This document shows, one piece after another, positions 53,988 through 64,000 of a DNA stretch of 64,000 nucleotides (its first letter is position 1; each line of letters begins with the position of its first letter). This DNA comes from Octopus vulgaris (Eukaryota), in NCBI GenBank assembly GCA_951406725.2, contig OX597816.1, positions 82,832,001 through 82,896,000 of the forward strand, written 5' to 3'. A program made the position numbers and the translations under genes. The notes beneath the pieces are model-generated. The model saw nothing but the letters and a program-made list of their open reading frames with translations. It was not told where the DNA came from and searched no databases.

Positions 53988-54830
53988 ACTTCGGCAACTA
54001 TGAACCACCACAGGCCCATTTCAGCCACGTCATCATCGACCTTATCGGCCCCTACCACCTTCACAGTGTTGCTCTTGCTCGTACCTACCGACCTTGGTAG
54101 ACCGCTACACTCGTTAGCCTGAGGCTATCCCTCTCTGCAGCACTGAAACACAAGAAGTCAGCCGACCCTTCATCGCAAACTGGGTCGCCCATTTCGGTGT
54201 CCCAGACAGCACCTCTTCCAACCGGGGTTCACAATTCATTTCAAAGCAGTGGAATGACATGTGTGACCTTTTTGGAACCGCACAACAGCCTACCATCCAC
54301 AAGCCAACGGGTTAGTGAAGAGATTTCACCGTCACCTGAAGGAATCCCTGACAACCAGATTTAACAGGCCCAACTGAATTGATCAACTCTAATGGGTGAT
54401 GCTGGAAATCCGCACCACCCCAAAAGAAAATCTCAACACTTCCTCCGCAGAAAGGTGTATGGTGCCCCTCTTATAGTGCCATGAAAGTTCCTTCCGAATA
54501 CGAAGTCAGATCCGGATGTCAAAAGGTACCTCGCTCAGCTGAGAAACAGCGTGGGTTAGTTGCGCCCAATTCCCATGTCATCAGACGGTACACCCTGATC
54601 ATTCGTACTAAACGACCTCTGCACGGCTAACTTTGCGTTCGTCCGACGCGACAAACGACGAAAACCCCTACGATGGTCGATATGAAGTCATACGTCCGGG
54701 AGACAAATCATTTGAACTTCTAATTGACGGACGACAAGACACAGTTTCCATCGATAGGTTGAAACTGGCCCATCTTGATATTGACAGCCCTGTTTAGGTA
54801 GCCCAACCACCAAACAGGGGCCGCTCCAGG
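53988..54830 (+). mobile_element. Gypsy LTR-retrotransposon integrase remnant
   Basis: FSHVIIDLIGP, RYTR*PEAIPL, WVAHFGVPDSTSSNRGSQF, QANGLVKRFHRHLK, PYDGRYEVI (GPY/F-like); many stops. Confidence 0.85.
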
Positions 54831-54908
54831 CAGATCACACCAACCCTTGGCAAGGAACAGTCACCAAAGAGCCAAAGTCCCGGTTCCAACGACAGTCAAC
54901 AGTTCTGG

Positions 54909-55140
54909 TGTGGAGTTATGAAAAGGACAAGATTTATGACAGACGAACTGCAGCGCGGTAGACTTCTGGTTGAGCGGGCTTCTGGTAGTCTGCAGCGCGG
55001 TAGACTTCTGGTTGAGCGGGCTTCGAGAGCAGAAGTAACTGGCGGTTGTCACCCTGATGTACTTAAAGGAATAAATCTTTCACTAACGAATTCTCGTCTG
55101 CATGAGTTTATTTGTGTATAGCTTAACAAAGCTATACGCG
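54909..55140 (+). repeat. Candidate 3' LTR of the Gypsy remnant
   Basis: Starts TGT just after the integrase; internal duplication ctgcagcgcggtagacttctggttgagcgggcttc x2; AATAAA at ~55070. No partner LTR seen. Confidence 0.4.
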
Positions 55141-55624
55141 CATGATTCCCCCTGTCTTGTATGGAACCGGTTCATGACGGTCGGGAACTGCTGACTTAGA
55201 GTGTCCTGAATGTTGAAGTACAATGCACAGATCTTTAGTATACCATGGTATCGCATGGTGGAACACCATACTATATGTACCAAGGCGTTTATTTATGATG
55301 TATATGTAACCTCAATTCCCAGGTCATCAATTATCGTGTAGATTTTCGAGCAAAGGCGGTCTGATTACGGCTATCTCATGTTATATGTTTAAACAGTGTA
55401 TCTGATATTACGGACTCGAATGTGTCTTGCCTTTAATTGCAGACAGTAAGATTTGAATTGAGAGAGATTTGGCTGAGGTTTCTAGCAGATTAAACGACCA
55501 CGTATCTGCTTCTAGCAGTGGTAATGACGGTGGGGATGATGGTAGTGGTTTTGGTGTTGGTGATGGTTGTGGTGCTAATATTGAAGGTGGTGATGATGAC
55601 GATGACGATGATGATGACGATGAC

Positions 55625-55665
<41 letters not shown>

Positions 55666-55974
55666 CAACGACGACATATACACTGACACAAGCGTAGAAC
55701 GTAGTTTTTGTCATGTGACAGGTGTCAACCAACTTGTTTCTTGTCATACAGACAACTTTTTGCGCACCTCTCTCGCTCTATCCTTCCCTAACCACACGAA
55801 ATGCCTGTCTATGTATATCCACACGCGCACACACATAGACAAACACCGATACATATACACACACACACACACACACAAATACAGTTACAAAGCTATTCAT
55901 GTATGTATGTATGTATGTATGTATGTATGTATGTATGTATGTATGTATGTATGTATGTATGTATGTGTGTGTGT

Positions 55975-56016
<42 letters not shown>

Positions 56017-56018
<2 letters not shown>

Positions 56019-56420
56019 TTTTACTTGTTTCAATCATTTGACTGCGGCCATGCTGGAGCACAGCCTTGAAGGTTTTTTTTTTCTTTTAGTCGAACAAATC
56101 AACCCAAGGCTTATTTCTTAAGCATAGTACTGATTCTATCGGACTTTTTTGCCGAACCGCTAAGTTACGGACGTAAATACACCGTCACCGGTTATCAAGC
56201 GGTAATGAGGGAACAAACACGGACAGAAAGACACACACATATATAAGTACATACATACATAAATACATACATACAAACATGCATACATACATACATACAT
56301 ACATACATACATACATACATACATACATACATACATACATACATACATACATACATACATACATACATACATACATACATACATACATACATGCATGCAT
56401 GCATGCATGCATACATACAT

Positions 56421-56488
<68 letters not shown>

Positions 56489-56611
56489 GTTTATATACAC
56501 GATCGGCCCGAGATGATAGTAGAAGATATTTGCCCAAGGTGTCACGCAGTGGGGCTGAACTCGGAATCATGTGGTTGGGAAGAAAGCTTTTTACCATACA
56601 GCCACGCCTGC

Positions 56612-56612
<1 letters not shown>
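56017..56612 (-). mobile_element. SINE family A with expanded internal (TACA)n
   Basis: Tail at 56017, head at 56612. Confidence 0.85.
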
Positions 56613-56645
<33 letters not shown>

Positions 56646-56744
56646 ATGTATATATATGCATGTATGTGTGTGTATGTATATATATGCATATATGTGTGTG
56701 TGTGTGTGTGTATATATGTGTATGTATGTATGTATGTATGTATG

Positions 56745-56797
<53 letters not shown>

Positions 56798-57566
56798 CTA
56801 TTAAATGTCAGGAGGTATGAAAGGTGAATATATTTATTTAACCACTAGTTATCTTTAGGTTTACGGCCGTTTCGCAGACTTCATCATGTAATAATAAACA
56901 TCGGGCTTCTTTCAGTTTCCATCTACCAGATCTACTCACAAGGCTTTGTTCGGCACGAGGCTATTGTAGAAGACACCTGCCCAAATGTTAACTGCATATT
57001 CTTTTGAAAATCCTGGGCCCACAGAGAAAATTTATTTAACAAAAAGAGTTTTTGACGGTGAGAAGTTTTGGAAATCATTGCTATAATCGAAGTGAGAATA
57101 ATGGATGAGTGAGTCTCTGTCTCCGCGGGTAAACAGATGATATGTTATTGGATATCTCTCACTTGTGCTGTTCATGGTTAGAATACACAGAATCTCGATA
57201 CCCCGAGTCTAGGCCATCTAACAGAAAACAAAATGTAAAATGAATTTGTTGATATAACAAGTAGAGTGTTGTAAAATTGGAGAGTATTTTGCAATCTTAC
57301 AGTACTGCACAGGCGGATCAACTTTGCGGTGGTCTACAACAAACTGACAGATAGACTAAACGGTAAGCTGTCTGATACACTAAACGAACACGAAATCTTC
57401 AGAGGTGCTCCACAGAGCCTATGGATTAAGGGACCGAATCAGTATAGCATCAAGAAACCAACCCAAGTATTCTCTATATCACATTTTCTTATGACATTTA
57501 AATTTCCTTATTCTTTCTGTATCGAACAATAGTTTACATAGAGCTGAAGGAAACTGGACAACATAC

Positions 57567-57664
<98 letters not shown>

Positions 57665-58526
57665 AAATCTGAGAACTACGAAGAAGCATAACGATGTTCC
57701 TACATATGCAATATGTTCTAATCCAGTAGTAGCTAATGTAGGATCTGCGGCAGCAAATTCTTTGGCAAAAGAACTGAAATTTACTGAAATTTTCATATAT
57801 TTTCTGATTGTCTCTCCCATCTCTTTACTCCACACCTTCATCTCACCCTCTCTCTTTCCCCCCCTTTCTCCTCTCTCCGTTTTTACTTCCACTTTATAAC
57901 TTCTGATTACCTACCTCTTCTCTCCATTTTCATCTCTTCCTACTCAACCTTCTTTTAAATTCACTCCTCACGCTTTCACACTACAGTTCTTTATTTTCTC
58001 TCATATTAACAGTTTTCAATATATCCATTTACTTCCTTCTTAATGAGCCGTTACCTTCCTCCCTGCCTACCTACCTACCTAATTTTTCAATGACTTATTA
58101 AGAATCGAAACCGCACTGCAGTCTTTGTTGTTCAATAAGAGCTTAAATCTCTTGCACCGAGTTGCTCACGGTTTCAACAGCTTAATAGCAGCATTGAAGT
58201 TTTTGATCCCTGCCTTAATCTCAACTTAAACTTCTCGCTCTGCCGACACCTTTGTTAAAAACAAACGAGATCTGTATTTTGACGCCATATTTCATATTTT
58301 AGGAAATGAGGGAAAAAAGAAAAAGAAAAGAAAATATGACAAATCCATTGATTTTATTTAGACAAACACTGCTTTCTTTAATCATTTCACCGCCGCCATT
58401 CTCACTGCTAATTCTCTGAAATTTATCTTTGACATGTGTGTTTGCGTACGTGAATATGTGTGTTTGTGTTTGTATCTGTATCTCTCTGTGATATTATATG
58501 TGACACCTATATCATAATAATATTTC

Positions 58527-58573
<47 letters not shown>

Positions 58574-58577
58574 TCCT

Positions 58578-58645
<68 letters not shown>

Positions 58646-58787
58646 TTATACAAAACAAATACAAGTTCATTCAAGGAACTGTTTGGGTTTGTATTTATTC
58701 AACTTGTGTCCATTTGTTGAGCAAACACACACACAAACATACACATGCACACGCACACGCACGCACACGCACATACACGCGGACGCA

Positions 58788-58825
<38 letters not shown>

Positions 58826-58997
58826 AACATGCATAACATGCATGTACATAGATGTTACACACACTAAAATTACACAAAATATATACTCGTGCCATAAGCA
58901 TATCAATACATACACTGCATACGCAACATATACAAGATAGATTTATCATTAGATGACATATAAGATATGGACATTATACGGGATTATACGGGATACA

Positions 58998-59213
58998 AAG
59001 GCGGCTAGCTGGCAGAATTGTTAGCATGCCGGGCAAAACGTTTAGCGGCATTACGTCCGTCTTAACGTTCTGAGTTCAAATTCCGCCGAGGTCGACTTTG
59101 TCCTTCATCCTTTCGGGGTCGATAAATTAAGTATCAGAATTTCACTGGAGTCAATGTAACCGACAATCTCCCTCTCCTCGAATTTCAGGCCTTGTGCCTA
59201 CAGTAGAAAGGAT
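58998..59213 (+). mobile_element. SINE family B, full length with TSD
   Basis: 13-bp duplication attatacgggata at 58983-58995 and 59214-59226. Confidence 0.9.
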
Positions 59214-59551
59214 ATTATACGGGATATACATTACCTGCATCTAATATCTTATGATATATACATAATTTATTCTATAGGCCATACACACACACACATATAT
59301 ATATTATTACAAATTTGGGATTTTACCAATAAGGCCACAACTTCAATTTCAGGACAACCTTATTTACTGGAGTACACATAGAAAGTTATATCCAAAATAC
59401 TAATCTAATAATATAAGCATTTTAAAGCCTACTATAACGTACAATAAAATAAAGTACATTAGAATTAATTAAAAATTATTTAAACATTTAAAAAAAAAAT
59501 ATATACACCTTACCTGTTATTAGTCTGTGGGGAAAGAAGATAACATTGATC

Positions 59552-59636
59552 AACGCTACACGTGTTTCCGTCCTGGTGGTTTGTTTTACCAGCCTATACC
59601 TAATACATAAACCCACCAGCGCGTCCTCAGGCTATT
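59552..59636 (-). ncRNA. Minimal hammerhead ribozyme motif with canonical core
   Basis: Minus strand: aatagc-CUGAGGA-long stem II (ctggtgg/ccaccag)-GAAA-c(acgt)g-UA-gcgtt; palindromic stem III acacgtgt; weak stem I. Confidence 0.65.
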
Positions 59637-59896
59637 TTTCTTTCTATTATTATTAACGGATCCAACTTAATCATACAAATTCTAATATATCTTCATTAAA
59701 AATAAGAATATATATATATATATAACTTCCTAATATATTTTTACAAAATTTAAAAGATTTTAAAAATTAAAAATTGTAAAATTTAAAAAGATTAATAAAA
59801 ATTTAATAAAATTAAACAGTTAAAAATATAATAGCGATATATATGTATATATATATAAAATGCTAAACATAAAGAGACCCTTTACGTTTATATATT

Positions 59897-60347
59897 TATA
59901 AGACTGCCATATTAATATGGCGATAACAGTTAATTTCCAGTAACGCTGCCGTAATCTCTTTTAGAGAGACTTAGTAATTTTAATATTTCTATTATTGAAA
60001 ACAAGTGGATGTATTCCACCGAAACTAGGTAAATAAAACCTTCGAACAGAGACGATCAGTGGCGACACCTGCTGGGTCTGACTACGCTACATTGACAAAG
60101 GGCAAATACCCTGAAACGCGTCTGTAGCTGTCTGACTGGCAGTGCGAAGCGGCTGACCTCCCTTGTTCGAAGGTTATAATGGATACAGTTTGTGTATCAA
60201 ATAGCTAGCTTAAGGCGATGGCCTCATGGAGCTAATCAGCGACAGCTTTAGTCTTATGTCTATAAGACTGCCATATTAATATGGCGATAACAATTAATTT
60301 CCAGTAACGCTGCCGTAATCTCTTTTAGTGAGACTTAGTAATTTTAA

Positions 60348-60356
<9 letters not shown>
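59897..60356 (+). mobile_element. Retrozyme-like / Penelope-pLTR-like element: 364-bp unit plus 96-bp terminal redundancy
   Basis: Direct repeats 59897-59992 and 60261-60356 (2 mismatches); internal hammerhead motif; flanked by TA-rich sequence and (TA)n. Confidence 0.7.
60086..60128 (+). ncRNA. Minimal type I hammerhead ribozyme motif (U3-A8 core variant)
   Basis: gctaca-UUGACAA-aggg(caaata)ccct-GAAA-c(gc)g-UC-tgtagc: 6-bp stem I, 4-bp stem II, palindromic stem III acgcgt, GUC cleavage triplet. Confidence 0.75.
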
Positions 60357-60407
<51 letters not shown>

Positions 60408-60589
60408 TGTATAATATATGTATATATCATAAGATCCTCGATAATATCAGGTGTTTATAAACCTTATATCATCAAAAGTATATATACATCCTATATATTA
60501 TCAGATGTATCGTCTCTAATTTTCACACACTGAATATATTAGATTGATTCTCAGTGAAAGTTTTTTTTATGGAAAATAGGAGTGACTTT

Positions 60590-61080
60590 CCGAACATGAC
60601 TCTTCGTCGGAGGGGGGAAAAAGTCCAGAAAGAAGGGAAAGTGTACGAGAAGAGCAAGTGTGTCGTTACAAGGCCGAAGAATAACTGACCGGAAGTTGGA
60701 GAAAAATAGATAATGTAGTTGGAGAAAAATAGATAATGTAGTTGGAGAAAAATAGATAATGTAGTTTTTGAAAGAAGGATTGTCTGTATCTGATATTATC
60801 CAGTTGGTCTTGTGCTGCCCAAGATTTTAGTATTCTTGAATCATTCGCCTCGACGCCGCCATCATCCATATGTATGTATTATTTTTACATTCCCCCAAGC
60901 TCAGTATTTGCCTCTTCGTCCAATCCTTTTTCTCCCCAGAACCTCGGTCCTCCAGAATTCCTTCTAAGCACTTGTTTTCTTTGCGGTTTTTGACTTTAAG
61001 AGGAACATTATTGGCATTGATCTTGGCAAACTTGAAGGACTTGCACCGGCCGCCATTGGTTCAAAACATTCCTCATACCA
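60590..61080 (-). mobile_element. Probable Penelope-like element 3' fragment
   Basis: EKDWTKRQIL resembles the C-terminus of PLE GIY-YIG endonucleases; contains a 23-bp tandem repeat x3 (60694-60762). Confidence 0.35.
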
Positions 61081-61094
61081 AACTAATTAAAGAT

Positions 61095-61485
61095 AGGCGC
61101 AACAGCGGATGTGTGGTAAGTAGCTTGCTTACGAACCACATGGTTCCGGGTTCAGTCCCACTGCGTGACACTTTAGGCAAATGACTTCTACTATAGCCTC
61201 GGGCCGACCAAAGCCTTGTGAGTGGATTTGGTAGACGGAAACTGAGAGAAGCCCGTCGTATATATGTATATATATGTATGTGTGTGTATATGTTTGTCCC
61301 CCAAACATCGCTTGAAAACATGCTGGTTTGTTTACGTCCCCGTAACTTAGCGGTTCGGCAAAAGAGACCGATAGAATAAGTACTAGGCTTACAAAGAATG
61401 AGTCCTGGGGCCAATATACTCGACTAAAGGCGGCGCTCCAGCATGGCCGCAGTCAAATGACTGAAACAAGTAAATGATTGAAAGA
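61095..61485 (+). mobile_element. SINE family A
   Basis: Matches the 9181 and 53005 copies. Confidence 0.9.
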
Positions 61486-61518
61486 GACAAGAAAACATAC
61501 ATTTCATATGCATACATA

Positions 61519-61584
<66 letters not shown>

Positions 61585-61725
61585 CATAAATGATTAGAAA
61601 TAGTTTGATAACATTTTATTTAACAATAAGAAATTACTAACATTACGACAAATTGAATCCATATATTGTGACACACACACACACACACACACACATAGAG
61701 AGAGAGATACTTACACACGCATACC

Positions 61726-61819
<94 letters not shown>

Positions 61820-61856
61820 CATACATGCATGCATATACACATATGTATGAATATAT

Positions 61857-62070
61857 TCTTCTATTCTTTTGCTTGTTTCAGTCATTAGAATGAGGCCATG
61901 CTGGGGTAGCGCCTTAAAGAATTGTAGTCGAACGAATCAACCCCAGCACTTATTTTGTTTAAAGCTTGGTATTTATTCTATCGGTCTGTTTTGCCGAACC
62001 ACTAAGCTGGGGTGACCTAATCAAACTAGCCCCAGTTGTCAAGCCGTGGTGTTGGAAAAATACAAACACA
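61857..62070 (-). mobile_element. SINE family A, 3' half
   Basis: ttgtttcagtcatt...ccatgctgg...ttttgccgaacc. Confidence 0.75.
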
Positions 62071-62516
62071 AAGGCACACACACACACACATACACACACA
62101 CACATACACACACACATACATACACACAAACACACAAACACATACACATACATACATACATACATACATACATACATACATACACATACATACATGCCAT
62201 ACATACATTATTAGGGCCCTGGTATATGTGACACACTGCCTAAATACCTATCTTGAGAAATTAAGCTTCTCAAAACCAGAAAGAAAAAAGCTGATTCGAA
62301 GACAACTGATCAAAGCCATCACTGGAACTGTAAAAATCTGTGCAACTTTCCAGAAGTTTATCATTTAAATATATTTGAGCATGTCTAAATATGCAAGCAT
62401 AAGAAGACTTACATAAAACAAAACATACAAATCTGCACTATACCTACCTACCTACCTACCTACCTACCTACCTACCTACCTACCTACCTACCTACCTACC
62501 TACCTACCTACATACA

Positions 62517-62552
<36 letters not shown>

Positions 62553-62623
62553 TATACTAGCTGAAGGTGACCCGCTCTACGCGCGGGTAAGAGTGTGGTT
62601 GTTACTTTCTGTTGCTTCCTTTC

Positions 62624-62943
62624 AGCACGTAAAAAGCACCATCCGAACGTGGCGGATTGCAGCGCCGCCTTGACTGGCTTCTGTGCTGGTGGCACGTAAA
62701 AAGCACCAACCGATCGTGGCCGCTGCCAGCCCCCTGGCACCTGTGCAGGCGGCACGAAAAAAGCACCCACTACGCTCACAGAGTGGTTGGCGTTAGGAAG
62801 GGCATCCACCTGTCGAAACACTGCCAGATCAGACTGGAGCCTGGTGCAGCCTCCTGGCTTCCCAGACCCCTGTCAAACTGTCCAACCCGTGCTAGCACGG
62901 AAAACGGACGTTAAACGATGATGATGATGATGATGATGATGAT
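62624..62943 (+). mobile_element. RTE 3' UTR fragment
   Basis: gagtggttggcgttaggaagggcatcc...ggacgttaaac(gat)n. Confidence 0.85.
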
Positions 62944-63631
62944 TCTCCCTCTTTGTTTCTTTCTCCTTTCTCTCTCACTTTCCCACTCTCTTACTCTTCC
63001 TTTCTCTCGGACTCTCCCTCGCTTTCTCTTACTCTCTATCTTTATGTATCTCTCTCCCATTTATAAACAACAAAAGATCTTGAGTAAGTTGACAAATAAA
63101 ATATTTAGAAAGATCAATCATAAATATCAGGCAGTTACAAAGGAAAGGTCTGCTTCAAGACAGACAGCAAAACACTAACATTTAAAAGGGACAGACGAAC
63201 TTGCGAGCTGAATAAAAATAATAAAATATTGGAAACCAAAGTTTGAAGGGATAGAATTTGAGGATAGTAGAGTCACCATGGCTGGCATTTCTTAACGACG
63301 GACAGCAACGTATTGACAGTTCAACGGCTGGCGTAAAAGTTTGAACTTGATGTAAAAGAAAATCCCTAAAAACCAAGTTTTGACTTGATTCTTTCTCACG
63401 ACAGTAGACTCACGATGGCAAGCATTCAAAACTTCTTCATCATGGACGGCAACACATTGACGATTAAAAGGCTGGAGCAAATTTTTTAGCTTGATGTAAC
63501 AGAGAATTGCTAAACACCCGCTCCTTTAAATTTTAATCCCCTTCCAGCCCCATTTATACCCCTTTTCACCTTTTGGTTAATATAACCCGATTTCATTTGG
63601 GTCTACTGGGGCCACATTTTATAAGATGAGG

Positions 63632-63829
63632 ACTCAACCAAGTTTCCCAAGTTCTGGTCATAGACCATAGAACACTCAACCAAGTTTCCCGATTTCTGGT
63701 CATAGACCATAGAACAGTCAAGCAAGTTTCCCGAGTTCTGGTCATAGACCATAGAACACTCAACCAAGTTTCCCGAGTTCTGGTCATAGACCATAGAACA
63801 CTAAACCAAGTTTCCCGAGTTCTGGTCAT
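63632..63829. repeat. 42-bp minisatellite, ~4.7 copies
   Basis: Unit actcaaccaagtttcccgagttctggtcatagaccatagaac. Confidence 0.9.
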
Positions 63830-64000
63830 TTGCAGAATAAATAGAGACGGCGGAGGTGGCAGACGTCGTTGCAATGTAAACATGATTTGTAATAAGAGAA
63901 AGATTGTCCAGATTGTGTGTTGGTGGTGTTGGTGGTGGCGATGATAATTATCATTAGGAAAAAGAGTGAGTGAGTGAGGAAGACATACATAAGTTGTGGC

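Noticed and set aside
55469-56041. 190-aa Asp/Gly-rich ORF
   Set aside because: Built from (GAT)n, (CA)n and (TATG)n repeats; no splice or homology support.
63632-63829. Palindromic repeat array resembling CRISPR
   Set aside because: No unique spacers, no cas genes, eukaryotic context.

Overview
This is AT-rich, microsatellite-dense eukaryotic DNA, not prokaryotic. The SINE/RTE/mariner repertoire and the (TACA)n/(TA)n/(CAT)n tracts strongly suggest an octopus (coleoid cephalopod) genome (inference). One host gene is well supported: a three-coding-exon, + strand GH31 glycosidase of the MYORG/KIAA1161 type (32843-33325, 42173-43580, 46294-46556; 717 aa). It keeps the catalytic nucleophile but has Pro at the acid/base Asp position, so it may be a pseudoenzyme. 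The rest is mobile-element material: a young 5'-truncated RTE LINE with an uninterrupted ~857-codon frame and a PHD-type finger inside its RT, many RTE 3' ends, decayed R4/Dong-like and RTE LINEs, a Buster-type hAT with an intact 8-bp TSD, mariner/pogo/hAT remnants and MITEs, a Gypsy integrase remnant, three SINE families and a ~1.8-kb foldback upstream of the gene. The most unexpected signal is a set of minimal hammerhead ribozyme motifs with palindromic stem III (Penelope/retrozyme type). One lies in a highly structured 364-bp unit followed by a repeat of its first 96 bp (59897-60356), which looks like a cDNA copy of a small circular RNA; its hammerhead core carries a compensatory U3-A8 pair. 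All calls were made by eye; family names are from remembered motifs, not database searches.
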